Assembly: GCA_963790305.1 (NCBI GenBank)
Contig: CAWBOC010000006.1
Location: 352,001-416,000 of the forward strand
From: an uncultured Gemmatimonadaceae bacterium
Lineage (GTDB): Bacteria; Gemmatimonadota; Gemmatimonadetes; Gemmatimonadales; Gemmatimonadaceae
Length of the DNA: 64,000 bases
Direction: 5' to 3'
This document shows, in pieces, positions 1 to 7,668 of the stretch. The position numbers and the translations under genes were made by a program. Positions within the stretch are counted from its first letter, which is position 1; every line of letters starts with the position of its first letter. The notes beneath the pieces are model-generated. The model made no database searches. It worked only from the letters and a program-made list of their open reading frames with translations, and was not told where the DNA came from.

Positions 1-1
1 A

Positions 2-436
2 GAGGAGATTCCGTATCTCGTCGGAACCATGATCGAGCTGCCGCGCGCAGCGCTCACCGCCGACGAGATCGCGGGCGGGCCTCAGGGCGCAGAGTTCTTC
101 TCCTTTGGGACCAACGACCTGACTCAGACCACGATGGGCCTGAGCCGCGACGACGCCGGCCGGTTCCTCCCGACCTACATCGAGCGCGGCATCCTCGCCG
201 AGGATCCGTTCCAGGTCCTCGATGAGCGCGGGGTCGGGCGGTTGATCCGGATTGCCGTCGACGACGGTCGCCGCGCCCGCAGCAACCTCAAGGTCGGCAT
301 CTGCGGCGAGCACGGCGGCGAGCCGCGCTCCATCCGCTTCTGCCACGCGGCAGGCATGAACTACGTGTCCTGCTCGCCCTTCCGGGTGCCGATCGCGCGG
401 CTAGCGGCGGGGCAGGCGGCCTTGCAGCCTAGTTAG
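2..436 (+). CDS. ppdK: Pyruvate, phosphate dikinase, C-terminal part (5' truncated by window edge)
   Basis: [48 protein letters not shown] motifs. Confidence 0.95.
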   Translation, partial: EEIPYLVGTMIELPRAALTADEIAGGPQGAEFFSFGTNDLTQTTMGLSRDDAGRFLPTYIERGILAEDPFQVLDERGVGRLIRIAVDDGRRARSNLKVGICGEHGGEPRSIRFCHAAGMNYVSCSPFRVPIARLAAGQAALQPS

Positions 437-455
437 GCTCGATACGCAAGGGCCA

Positions 456-554
456 ACTGCATTAACCACAGAGGCACAGAGGGCACAGAGGGCGAACTGC
501 CGCAGTAGCAGTTCGCCCTTCTCTGTGCCCTCTGTGCCTCTGTGGTGATGCAGT
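456..554. repeat. Long inverted repeat with arms of tandem ~9-nt CACAGAG(G)G units
   Basis: actgcattaaccacagaggcacagagggcacagagggcgaactgc ... gcagttcgcccttctctgtgccctctgtgcctctgtggtgatgcagt, between convergent genes. Confidence 0.9.
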
Positions 555-577
555 GCTACTCGTTGCGCGCCTGACAC

Positions 578-1372
578 TCAAGCACCACGCGCAATTGCCT
601 GTACCAACGAGACCTCGTGCACGTAGTACACCGTCGAGAGCCCGATTTTCCGGAGCACCGGTAACGAAACGTTGTAGACGGGCACTCCGCCGGCGGTGCG
701 ACCCTCGAAGGCACCGGTATGTGCGTGGCCGTGGAAGACGACCGTCGCATCGTACCGGTCGAGCGGCTCCGCCAGGCGGTCGCAGCCGAGGAAGGGGTAG
801 ATCACCTCGGGCTCGCCGGCGATCGTTCCCGCGATCGGCGCGTAGTGCAGCACGGCGATCCGCACCGGCGTCGCCAGGCGACGCAGTCCCATCTCGAGAC
901 GCTGCACCTCCTCGAGCGTTGCGTTCACGAAAGCCTTCGTTTCCGCCTCGCCAAACGACGTCAGCGCCGCGCGCCCGAATCCGCCCATGAAGCCCTTCGT
1001 CCCCACGAGCCCCACGTGCTCGTTGAGGTGAAAGGGATCACCCGTGAGCACATGGATGCCTCGGTCGCGGAGAATGGCTTCCCCTTCCGTCACGAGCCCG
1101 GACTCGTGGTCGTGGTTGCCAAGAACGGCGGCGATCGGGATCTTCACGTCCGCCAGCTCGCCAACGACGGTGCGGAATTCCGGCGGCAGGCCGCGCCGCG
1201 TCAGGTCCCCACACAGGATGAGAATCTCCGCGTCGTCGTTCGCCCGGGTGAATTGATCGCGGAAGGCTCCGCGATCCTCCTCGCCACAGTGAATGTCGCC
1301 GACGGCGGCGATGCGCGCGACACGATCCGATGTGCGTCGCTGCGGAATCTCAGAGATGCTTGATACGGGCAT
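578..1372 (-). CDS. Calcineurin-like metallophosphoesterase
   Basis: GDIH, CGDLT, LGNHD, HGHAH metal-binding motifs; start placed at ATG 1372, overlapping the upstream stop. Confidence 0.9.
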   Translation of the reverse strand: MPVSSISEIPQRRTSDRVARIAAVGDIHCGEEDRGAFRDQFTRANDDAEILILCGDLTRRGLPPEFRTVVGELADVKIPIAAVLGNHDHESGLVTEGEAILRDRGIHVLTGDPFHLNEHVGLVGTKGFMGGFGRAALTSFGEAETKAFVNATLEEVQRLEMGLRRLATPVRIAVLHYAPIAGTIAGEPEVIYPFLGCDRLAEPLDRYDATVVFHGHAHTGAFEGRTAGGVPVYNVSLPVLRKIGLSTVYYVHEVSLVQAIARGA

Positions 1373-2270
1373 CGTACTCGTCCACGATCGATGAGCGCTC
1401 CATCCACACGTCGCTGGCGGCGATCGCCCGGACAACGGGATGAAGCTCGCGACGTCGCACACTGTCCTCGCGCTCGTCGCGGAACTCCCATTCATTCACG
1501 TCGATATTGAAGCTGAAGCGAGAGATGAGCGTGCCTCGTGTGACGCGGTCGCCGGTTCGCGGACGTCCGGCTTCCGCCGACGCTCGCGCGAGCAGCTGCT
1601 CGAGAACCCACCGGGGAACGGCACCGTCGATCTCCGGATACACGTACATGAAGATCTGAAGCTGTGCGAGCAGCAGTGGCCAGTGCTCCGCAACGCGCTC
1701 GAGCAATCGCCCCCAATTCATGGCGTGTCCCACGCAGGCAATCAGGTGGACGATGTCGCCCATGTCCTGCCGATGCCGCTCGTGGATGAAAAGCCGATGC
1801 CAGAGGAGCTCTTCCGCCGGGGCCACGCGCACTGGCGTCGCCGCGAGGATGGCAGGGCGGCTGTTGCGGTACCAGCCCTCGTCGATGAGAGCGAGACCGT
1901 TTCCCATCCCGAAGATCAGATCGACGAACGGGTCGCCAACGAATGCCTTCGCCAGCCAATGCGGCTGCTCGAGTCGCGTCGTGAAGCCTGCCTCGCGTAG
2001 TACGCGGCCAGCCGCGATGGTGTGTTCGGGCTGCACGAAGACGTCGAGATCTTTTGTGTCGCGATAGATCCCGGTGTGCTCGTAGATTGCGTAGGCTCCG
2101 GCCACCACGTATGGGATCCCGTGCTCGTTGAGCGCGCGGAGTGCCTGCTTGTAGACCTCACGTTCCGCTTCGGGAACCCAGAAGTCGCCGTGCGTGACGG
2201 ACTTCTTCTCTTCCTTGGTGAGGTTGTCCATCCGCGGGACGCGCGTGGCGCTCCCTCCTTCCTGCGCCAT
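1350..2270 (-). CDS. Nucleotidyltransferase family protein (Pol-beta-like fold)
   Basis: VAGAYA...TKDLDVFV (G-x...DxD) motif; alternative start at 2231. Confidence 0.75.
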   Translation of the reverse strand: MAQEGGSATRVPRMDNLTKEEKKSVTHGDFWVPEAEREVYKQALRALNEHGIPYVVAGAYAIYEHTGIYRDTKDLDVFVQPEHTIAAGRVLREAGFTTRLEQPHWLAKAFVGDPFVDLIFGMGNGLALIDEGWYRNSRPAILAATPVRVAPAEELLWHRLFIHERHRQDMGDIVHLIACVGHAMNWGRLLERVAEHWPLLLAQLQIFMYVYPEIDGAVPRWVLEQLLARASAEAGRPRTGDRVTRGTLISRFSFNIDVNEWEFRDEREDSVRRRELHPVVRAIAASDVWMERSSIVDEYDARIKHL

Positions 2271-2305
2271 CAGCGCCGCCTTGGGAGAGGTTCCACGCGA
2301 TTCAA

Positions 2306-2321
2306 AGCAAGGGTTGCGCCG
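2306..2321 (-). promoter_or_regulatory. Putative sigma54 (-24/-12) promoter
   Basis: Minus strand CGGCGC-AACCC-TTGCT: GG-N10-GC spacing, ~35 nt upstream of the nucleotidyltransferase ORF. Confidence 0.5.
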
Positions 2322-2353
2322 TTAGCCAAGCCCTCGAGGCCTCTACGGAAGGC

Positions 2354-3007
2354 TCAGTCGTACGCGGCACCTTCGCGAGGCGCCGCGGCCGCGCGTCCGG
2401 CGTCCGCGACCAGCGCTTCGAGGTCGAGCTCACGCGACGGCATCACCTGGGCCTTGAGGACGACCTGCATTTCCTTCAATGCGTGCTCTGCCTCCGCGGG
2501 GTCCGTCGACGCCACACAATCGGATGGTACCACGAGCGCATAGTCGCGCATGTACGCGTCGTTGGCGGTGAAGAGCACGCAGATATTCGCCTGGACTCCC
2601 GTCATGATCAGCGTCTTCGCCCCGAGGTAATCGAGCAGAATGTCGAGCTGCGTCGAGAAGAAGCCGGAATGCTTGGGCTTCAGGACGAAATAGTCGTCCT
2701 TCTCCGGATGCAGAATCTCGGCGAGCGGCTTTCCCGGTACGCCGTCGTGCAGAACGTGATCGAGGACCTGATTCAGGTCCGATTGCCATCGCCCGAAGTT
2801 GTCATTGGCGTAGACGGTGGGAATGCCGAGCTGCTTCGCGCGCCGCTTGAGCGCCGCGATGTTGCGAGCCATCGGGAGCGCATGCTCCAGCAGCTGCTCC
2901 CCCTGGTCGAAATCGAGTGCGTTGATCACGTCGATCAGAATCAGCGCGACCGGCGACTTGTCTGGTGCGTTGCCGTGCAGATCGGGGTTGCGAGCGGCGT
3001 TCGTCAT
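2354..3007 (-). CDS. Isochorismatase-family cysteine hydrolase
   Basis: LIDVIN, KPKHSGF, ANICVLFTA (Asp-Lys-Cys triad); ATGA overlap with upstream stop. Confidence 0.9.
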   Translation of the reverse strand: MTNAARNPDLHGNAPDKSPVALILIDVINALDFDQGEQLLEHALPMARNIAALKRRAKQLGIPTVYANDNFGRWQSDLNQVLDHVLHDGVPGKPLAEILHPEKDDYFVLKPKHSGFFSTQLDILLDYLGAKTLIMTGVQANICVLFTANDAYMRDYALVVPSDCVASTDPAEAEHALKEMQVVLKAQVMPSRELDLEALVADAGRAAAAPREGAAYD

Positions 3008-3453
3008 CGGCGGCCCGGCGGGTGTGAAGCAATTTGCCCATCTGCGAGCAGAACGTCGCTCGCACTGGCCACCGCCCATGCGCCGAACTCACGAACGAGG
3101 GTGAGGACGGGCGCTGCATGCCCTCGATGGCCCTCGACACGGGCTCGCACCAGCGTCGTATCCGGTCTCCGATGCTTCAAGGTTCCCTCCACATTCTCGA
3201 GGCGCCCGATGCGTGCTCGAAAATCCGACGAGATCCGGCGCACGTCACTCTCGGATGTCCGGCGCTCGGCGTCGCGAGTGAGCATCCGACGCGCCGTCCC
3301 GACCTGGCCCAGAGACATCGAGCGAACGAACTCCTGCGCCACGATCTCGGGAGGAGACACCAGGATTTCGTCGTCGCCGAGGCCGAGGACCACTCCGCCA
3401 ACGAGGGCGAGGGAGACAAGCACGAGAGCCATCGCAATCGGAAGGTCTCTCAC
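3004..3453 (-). CDS. Hypothetical membrane-anchored protein
   Basis: N-terminal hydrophobic helix; GTGA and ATGA overlaps with both neighbours. Confidence 0.65.
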   Translation of the reverse strand: MRDLPIAMALVLVSLALVGGVVLGLGDDEILVSPPEIVAQEFVRSMSLGQVGTARRMLTRDAERRTSESDVRRISSDFRARIGRLENVEGTLKHRRPDTTLVRARVEGHRGHAAPVLTLVREFGAWAVASASDVLLADGQIASHPPGRR

Positions 3454-3968
3454 GACCGCCTCTGCATGCGCGTCCTCACCCACTCCGCATCATTCCGTTG
3501 CGCGGGCTTCGCCCAGTCGTGGAAGACGACGCCCACAATGCCCTCTTCCTCGATTCGCGCGCGCTTGATCTCTGCCCAGCGGGCGGCGGAGATCCCGGCC
3601 AGCCGCAGCAGGGACGCGAGCTCCTTCCGGTTCATTTGCTGGCGTCTCATGACATTGCGTCGCGGAATGCCATTCTGAAGCACGGTGGGAGGCTCCCCTT
3701 CGAGGAGCATCCACGCCCGGACGTTGAGCATCCCCACAATGGCGATACTGAGGTGCAGAATCGCCAGCGTGCCCGCGGCAACGATGAGCTGCGCGAACGG
3801 AACAGTCGCGAGGATAGCATTGTCGATGAGATCACCGATCATGATGGCGAGCACGAACTGCATGCCGGTGGCCTCCGACACCAGGCGCTTGCCCGACACG
3901 CGTACCAGCGCCAATAGAAACAGGTACGCCAGGACAGCCCGGATGGCGATCGCGAGCGGTGACATCAC
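3450..3968 (-). CDS. DUF421/YetF-family membrane protein
   Basis: LVRVSGKR...three TM helices...LLEGEPPTVLQNG...ARIEEEG pattern. Confidence 0.85.
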   Translation of the reverse strand: MMSPLAIAIRAVLAYLFLLALVRVSGKRLVSEATGMQFVLAIMIGDLIDNAILATVPFAQLIVAAGTLAILHLSIAIVGMLNVRAWMLLEGEPPTVLQNGIPRRNVMRRQQMNRKELASLLRLAGISAARWAEIKRARIEEEGIVGVVFHDWAKPAQRNDAEWVRTRMQRRS

Positions 3969-4552
3969 TCCGCCCGATCGAGGAGGTTCGGGCTATCCGT
4001 CCGGTGCTCGGGCATGGGCTCCTCGTCCCCTCCCGTATCGGCGCGTTTTTGCTCCTCCATGGCCAGGCCGACGTCGGCTTTCTGGACCGGCTCCGCCCAG
4101 TCCTGTCGAATCACGCTCAACTGGCCGTTGTATTCGATGACGGCGAGCTTGACCTCGCGAAGGTCGTCCACGCCGTGCAACCGCAGCTCGGAAAGCACGT
4201 CCTTCTCGTTCATCCGCTCCGCACGCATGCCGGGGTAATGGAGCTGGCCCTTCTCGAGCACCACCGTGGGCGATCCTTCGAGTAGGTGCCCGAAGCCGTG
4301 ATCCCAGTAGGTCAGCCAGGAGTTCAGGTAATGCAGCACCGCGACTACGCCGACGCCGATGAATCCCTGCGCCATCGAGACGTTGCCGTAGATGATCTCA
4401 TCCACGACTTCGCCGAGCATGAGAGCGACGAGGAAGTCGAATGCGCTGAAGCTTCCGATGGTGCGTTTTCCGGATAGGCGAATGACCGCGAGCATCACGG
4501 CGTAGACCGCAACCGCGCGCGCCGCCGTCAGCGCCAGGTCCCTTGGATCCAT
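3965..4552 (-). CDS. DUF421/YetF-family membrane protein
   Basis: IRLSGKRTIGSFSAFDF...LEGSPTVVLEKG...LAVIEYNGQLSVI. Confidence 0.9.
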   Translation of the reverse strand: MDPRDLALTAARAVAVYAVMLAVIRLSGKRTIGSFSAFDFLVALMLGEVVDEIIYGNVSMAQGFIGVGVVAVLHYLNSWLTYWDHGFGHLLEGSPTVVLEKGQLHYPGMRAERMNEKDVLSELRLHGVDDLREVKLAVIEYNGQLSVIRQDWAEPVQKADVGLAMEEQKRADTGGDEEPMPEHRTDSPNLLDRAE

Positions 4553-4716
4553 TGAGGTCTCCGTCCGGGTGGCAGCCGGCTAACGAGAAGTGCTTGCTAA
4601 CTCCGCGCTCGGGGTGCAGGAACTGTGCACGACACCAAGGAGATTTGGCTGGCGGGGCCACGAACCGCGTGATTGCGAATTCCGAATGACGCGAATTTGA
4701 CGGGCGCAATGAGCCA

Positions 4717-4758
4717 CAAAACAACGCCGGGTCGGTTATCGACCCGGCGTTGTTCTCT
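4717..4758. terminator. Intrinsic terminator-like hairpin
   Basis: 14-bp stem acaacgccgggtcg/cgacccggcgttgt, with a U-tract on the minus strand, downstream of the 5722->4841 gene. Confidence 0.6.
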
Positions 4759-4840
4759 TGATTCCTATAGGGTGCGGGACAACCTGCACCCGTGGGGACT
4801 CTACGCACGGAAAAGAGGGGTTAAAGCAATCTCGGAGGCC

Positions 4841-5722
4841 TCACTCGCATTCAATCATCCACGGCTCACAGCCGCCGCCTCCTCCCTGAGGATAAGGAAT
4901 CCACACCGCCTTTTCTTCTGACACCACGCGCGCTCGCAACGTATCGGTTATCGCGACCCGGTAGTTCTGGAACGTGCCCCCCTGGTCACCGTAGTCCGCA
5001 ATGGTAGATGCACTGGAGGGCGGCCCCATCGATACGCCGTTGCGGAACCACTCATAGAGGTAGGGTCCGTTGAAGCCGTTGATGACGTTGGCGGTGAGCG
5101 TGAAACCGGTGCCAGAGGGAAAGGTCGGACACTGGTACGTAGGATTCGGGCACCAGTTGGGCCCGCCGATGTCGGCTAACCACGCGTCGTAGTACGGCAT
5201 ATGGACTTCGGCCTGCGCGATTTCATTATCTCTTGCAAAGAGCAGGTGAAACGCGTGGTCCTCGAAGCGGCAGAGGTTGCACAAGGGAACCGACGCGCGC
5301 ATGAAGTACCCGGTGATGTAAGCGCGTACATAGGCGTCGTGCCACAGCCGCATGAACGACTCGACCCGCTCTTTTTCTTCGCCGTGGTGATTTGCGATCG
5401 CAGTCAAGACGAGTGTCCCCGCCTCCACGGACGCGTGGGGCGCAATCTCGTTCGCCTCATAGGGGGTAAAGTAGCCGCCGTGGGGATACTCCGCGCGGAG
5501 GACCAGTTTTGGGCAATCATTCGGCTTATAGTGGTCGACCCTGATGGCATTCCGAATGAAATTCCAGTCACCCTCGACGCGACACTTACTCTTTGGGTCG
5601 GGAATGGGTCGATCGGGCTCGCACGCAGCCAGGAGAATGCCGATCCCGCCCACCGCCAGCCGACGCGCGCCCACCAATGCACGGGCGGCGCAGAGAGAGC
5701 CTTGCCGCAGTATGCTGGTCAT
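4841..5722 (-). CDS. Hypothetical Cys-rich lipoprotein with a probable C-terminal Ig/PKD-like domain
   Basis: LLAAC lipobox; GPYLYEWFRNG...YRVAITD is Ig-like; start lies 2 nt after the upstream TAG. Confidence 0.6.
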   Translation of the reverse strand: MTSILRQGSLCAARALVGARRLAVGGIGILLAACEPDRPIPDPKSKCRVEGDWNFIRNAIRVDHYKPNDCPKLVLRAEYPHGGYFTPYEANEIAPHASVEAGTLVLTAIANHHGEEKERVESFMRLWHDAYVRAYITGYFMRASVPLCNLCRFEDHAFHLLFARDNEIAQAEVHMPYYDAWLADIGGPNWCPNPTYQCPTFPSGTGFTLTANVINGFNGPYLYEWFRNGVSMGPPSSASTIADYGDQGGTFQNYRVAITDTLRARVVSEEKAVWIPYPQGGGGGCEPWMIECE

Positions 5723-5724
5723 GG

Positions 5725-6723
5725 CTAGAGCCCTCCCGCGCGACCGACATCCTCGAATCTGACAGGAGCCTCGTTGCGTCGAAGGATGCGCGTCGTTCGC
5801 CACTGGGGCGTGGACCCAGCGCGCAGTTGCGCAGCAGCATCGGCGGGCAGCCACCGCGCTTCGACCTCGGCAGGCTGCTCAGGGGAGGCGCGCTTTGTCT
5901 TGAGCTTCGAGCGGTATTGTCCTCCGACGAAGAGGTCCCTGACTCTCACTTTCGCGCCGTTGCCGGTTACTTCCACCTCTGCCTCTGCATCCAACGATAA
6001 TTGCCACCGCGCGAGTTGCGGGTACGCCGATTCCGGCGGGAATTGCAGGATCAAGCGCGGAATCGCTGCAATGCGGCGGTTTGAGGCCTTTGCTGTCTGC
6101 CTAACGGCCACTTCGGGCGATAGTGGGAGCTGGTTGTCCTCCCCCGGCGGAATTCCGACGATGCGAAACTCCTCTCCGTGGTGCGTTGGGTACCGGAGTT
6201 TCCCATCCTCGACCCACAGTTCGGTCGCGTATGCGGAAATCGCGAGCGCTATGACAGCCTCACCGCTCGGTGTGCACAGGCTGGTGAGCCACCACGGCCC
6301 GTAGAAGCGGTGATACAGCGCCGGGACTTCGCTCGGAAGTTCCTCGACCGGGGCCTCCGCGTAGAAGACACGCGGACACACCGTGATCCCCGTTATGTCG
6401 ATGGGTGCGCCGCGGTCGCGTTCGAGGGTGGGCAGAATGCCTTGCAGGTGCGTTGCTGCGTGCGCGGCCGCGAGCTCGCGCGCTTGCGCTTCGCCAATCT
6501 GCGGCTGCGATCCCAGCGTCGGTCTGTTGGCAATTCGGAGCGTTCCGTCTGGCTGAAGCTGTTCGGCGGCCGCGCCTGACAGATAGAGTCCTAAGCTCTT
6601 GGCGTCAGGTACCTGTGGGCCACCTCCCGCGCGCTCCGAGCAGCCGCCGCTTGCGAGCACAAACGCCGCGACTACGGCCGGTCGGGTGATTCCGCGCAGG
6701 CTCAGTCCTCGTGCGTCATGCAT
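5725..6723 (-). CDS. Hypothetical lipoprotein
   Basis: 332-aa ORF with AGGAG RBS; signal peptide ending LASGGC. Confidence 0.7.
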   Translation of the reverse strand: MHDARGLSLRGITRPAVVAAFVLASGGCSERAGGGPQVPDAKSLGLYLSGAAAEQLQPDGTLRIANRPTLGSQPQIGEAQARELAAAHAATHLQGILPTLERDRGAPIDITGITVCPRVFYAEAPVEELPSEVPALYHRFYGPWWLTSLCTPSGEAVIALAISAYATELWVEDGKLRYPTHHGEEFRIVGIPPGEDNQLPLSPEVAVRQTAKASNRRIAAIPRLILQFPPESAYPQLARWQLSLDAEAEVEVTGNGAKVRVRDLFVGGQYRSKLKTKRASPEQPAEVEARWLPADAAAQLRAGSTPQWRTTRILRRNEAPVRFEDVGRAGGL

Positions 6724-6980
6724 GTCCGCTCCTAGTAAGAAGCTTCCCTTCTTCTCGGCTCGTCCGTCGTCGTCCCTGCTCGAATCCTTCGTCGCGGGTT
6801 CGCGCGCTCCGGGCTCATCGTCGAGTCATCGCCAACACCTCCCGTTGGTTAATCGGACACATTGCGAGCGTCGCTGGATTGCTCTGATAGCAGCCTCCGT
6901 CACGCAAGCGTCATAGCGTGACCGCTCTACCACGGCCTGTTTTGGTAGTGGGGCGTCAGCGACGACGGAGGCAACGTCAG

Positions 6981-7155
6981 CGACGGAGGGACACGGTCAG
7001 GGACAACGTAGCGAAGCGCGCAGGCGTGCCCGCTCAGTGGCGATCCACTCGTTGGGCACGAGACCGAGGCCATCCGTCAGCGGTACGCCATCACCAACGA
7101 GCCCGATCTTCGCCACGGACTCGCAAAAGTCGCAGGGCGGGCCCGGCCAGCGTGA
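6981..7155 (+). pseudogene. Decayed tyrosine recombinase/integrase C-terminal fragment
   Basis: Three frames join to RRRDTVRDNVAKRAGVP|RSVAI|LVGHETEAIRQRYAITNEPDLRHGLAKVAG*; box II-like GH...Y; no N-terminal part seen. Confidence 0.7.
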
Positions 7156-7242
7156 GGAGGATTGCGCGTGCGTAAGACCCACATAAGGCCCGCGGGGCCC
7201 TGACCGAGAATAGAGTCAAGGCCCCGCAGTTACTTAGGTCAG

Positions 7243-7593
7243 TGGAGGCGCGGGGAATTGAACCCCGGTCCGAGAATGGATCCACCACAGCGTCTACGTG
7301 CGTAGTCTGCCATTGAATGTCTCCGAACGCTGGCCGGCAGACAGCCCACTTTCGGATAAGTCTCTCTTTGTCTCGCTCAACGCCTGGAGACGCGACGCCG
7401 AGCCAGCCCAAATTTGCGATACCCGGAAGACGCCTTAGGCGAGCTTCTTACGGGCAGGTGCATAACTAAAAGTTACGCAGCCAGAGCCATGTTAGAGTTG
7501 GCAGTTGTGAATCATCCCGAGGGATTAACCAGGGCTCGAGGACCTGGGCACGCGGCCACGGCTTCACCGACCCCGTCGAAGCCAGTCGCCCCC
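7243..7593 (-). ncRNA. ssrA: tmRNA
   Basis: 5' GGGGGCG pairs with 3' CGCCTCC-A (G3:U alanine identity); T-arm GGGGTTCAATTCCCC; tag ORF 7502->7473 encodes ANSNMALAA*. Confidence 0.97.
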
Positions 7594-7602
7594 GTAGCAC
7601 CA

Positions 7603-7631
7603 ATTCTAGCGACCCAACGCCCAGGAGTCAA
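7603..7631 (-). promoter_or_regulatory. Sigma70-type promoter of ssrA
   Basis: TTGACT-17-TAGAAT immediately upstream of the tmRNA. Confidence 0.7.
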
Positions 7632-7668
7632 CGACGAACGAGCTCCGATGTCGTTCCGAGCTAACGTC

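Noticed and set aside
4616..4632. Sigma54-like motif upstream of the DUF421 operon (GTGCAC-N5-CTGCA)
   Set aside because: It lacks the invariant GG at -24.
4785..4809. Possible distal att site: a tRNA-3'-like string, and GTGGG..TACGCACG similar in inverted form to 7167-7182
   Set aside because: It does not match the ssrA 3' end, the match is short, and a local hairpin explains part of it; not supportable without statistics.
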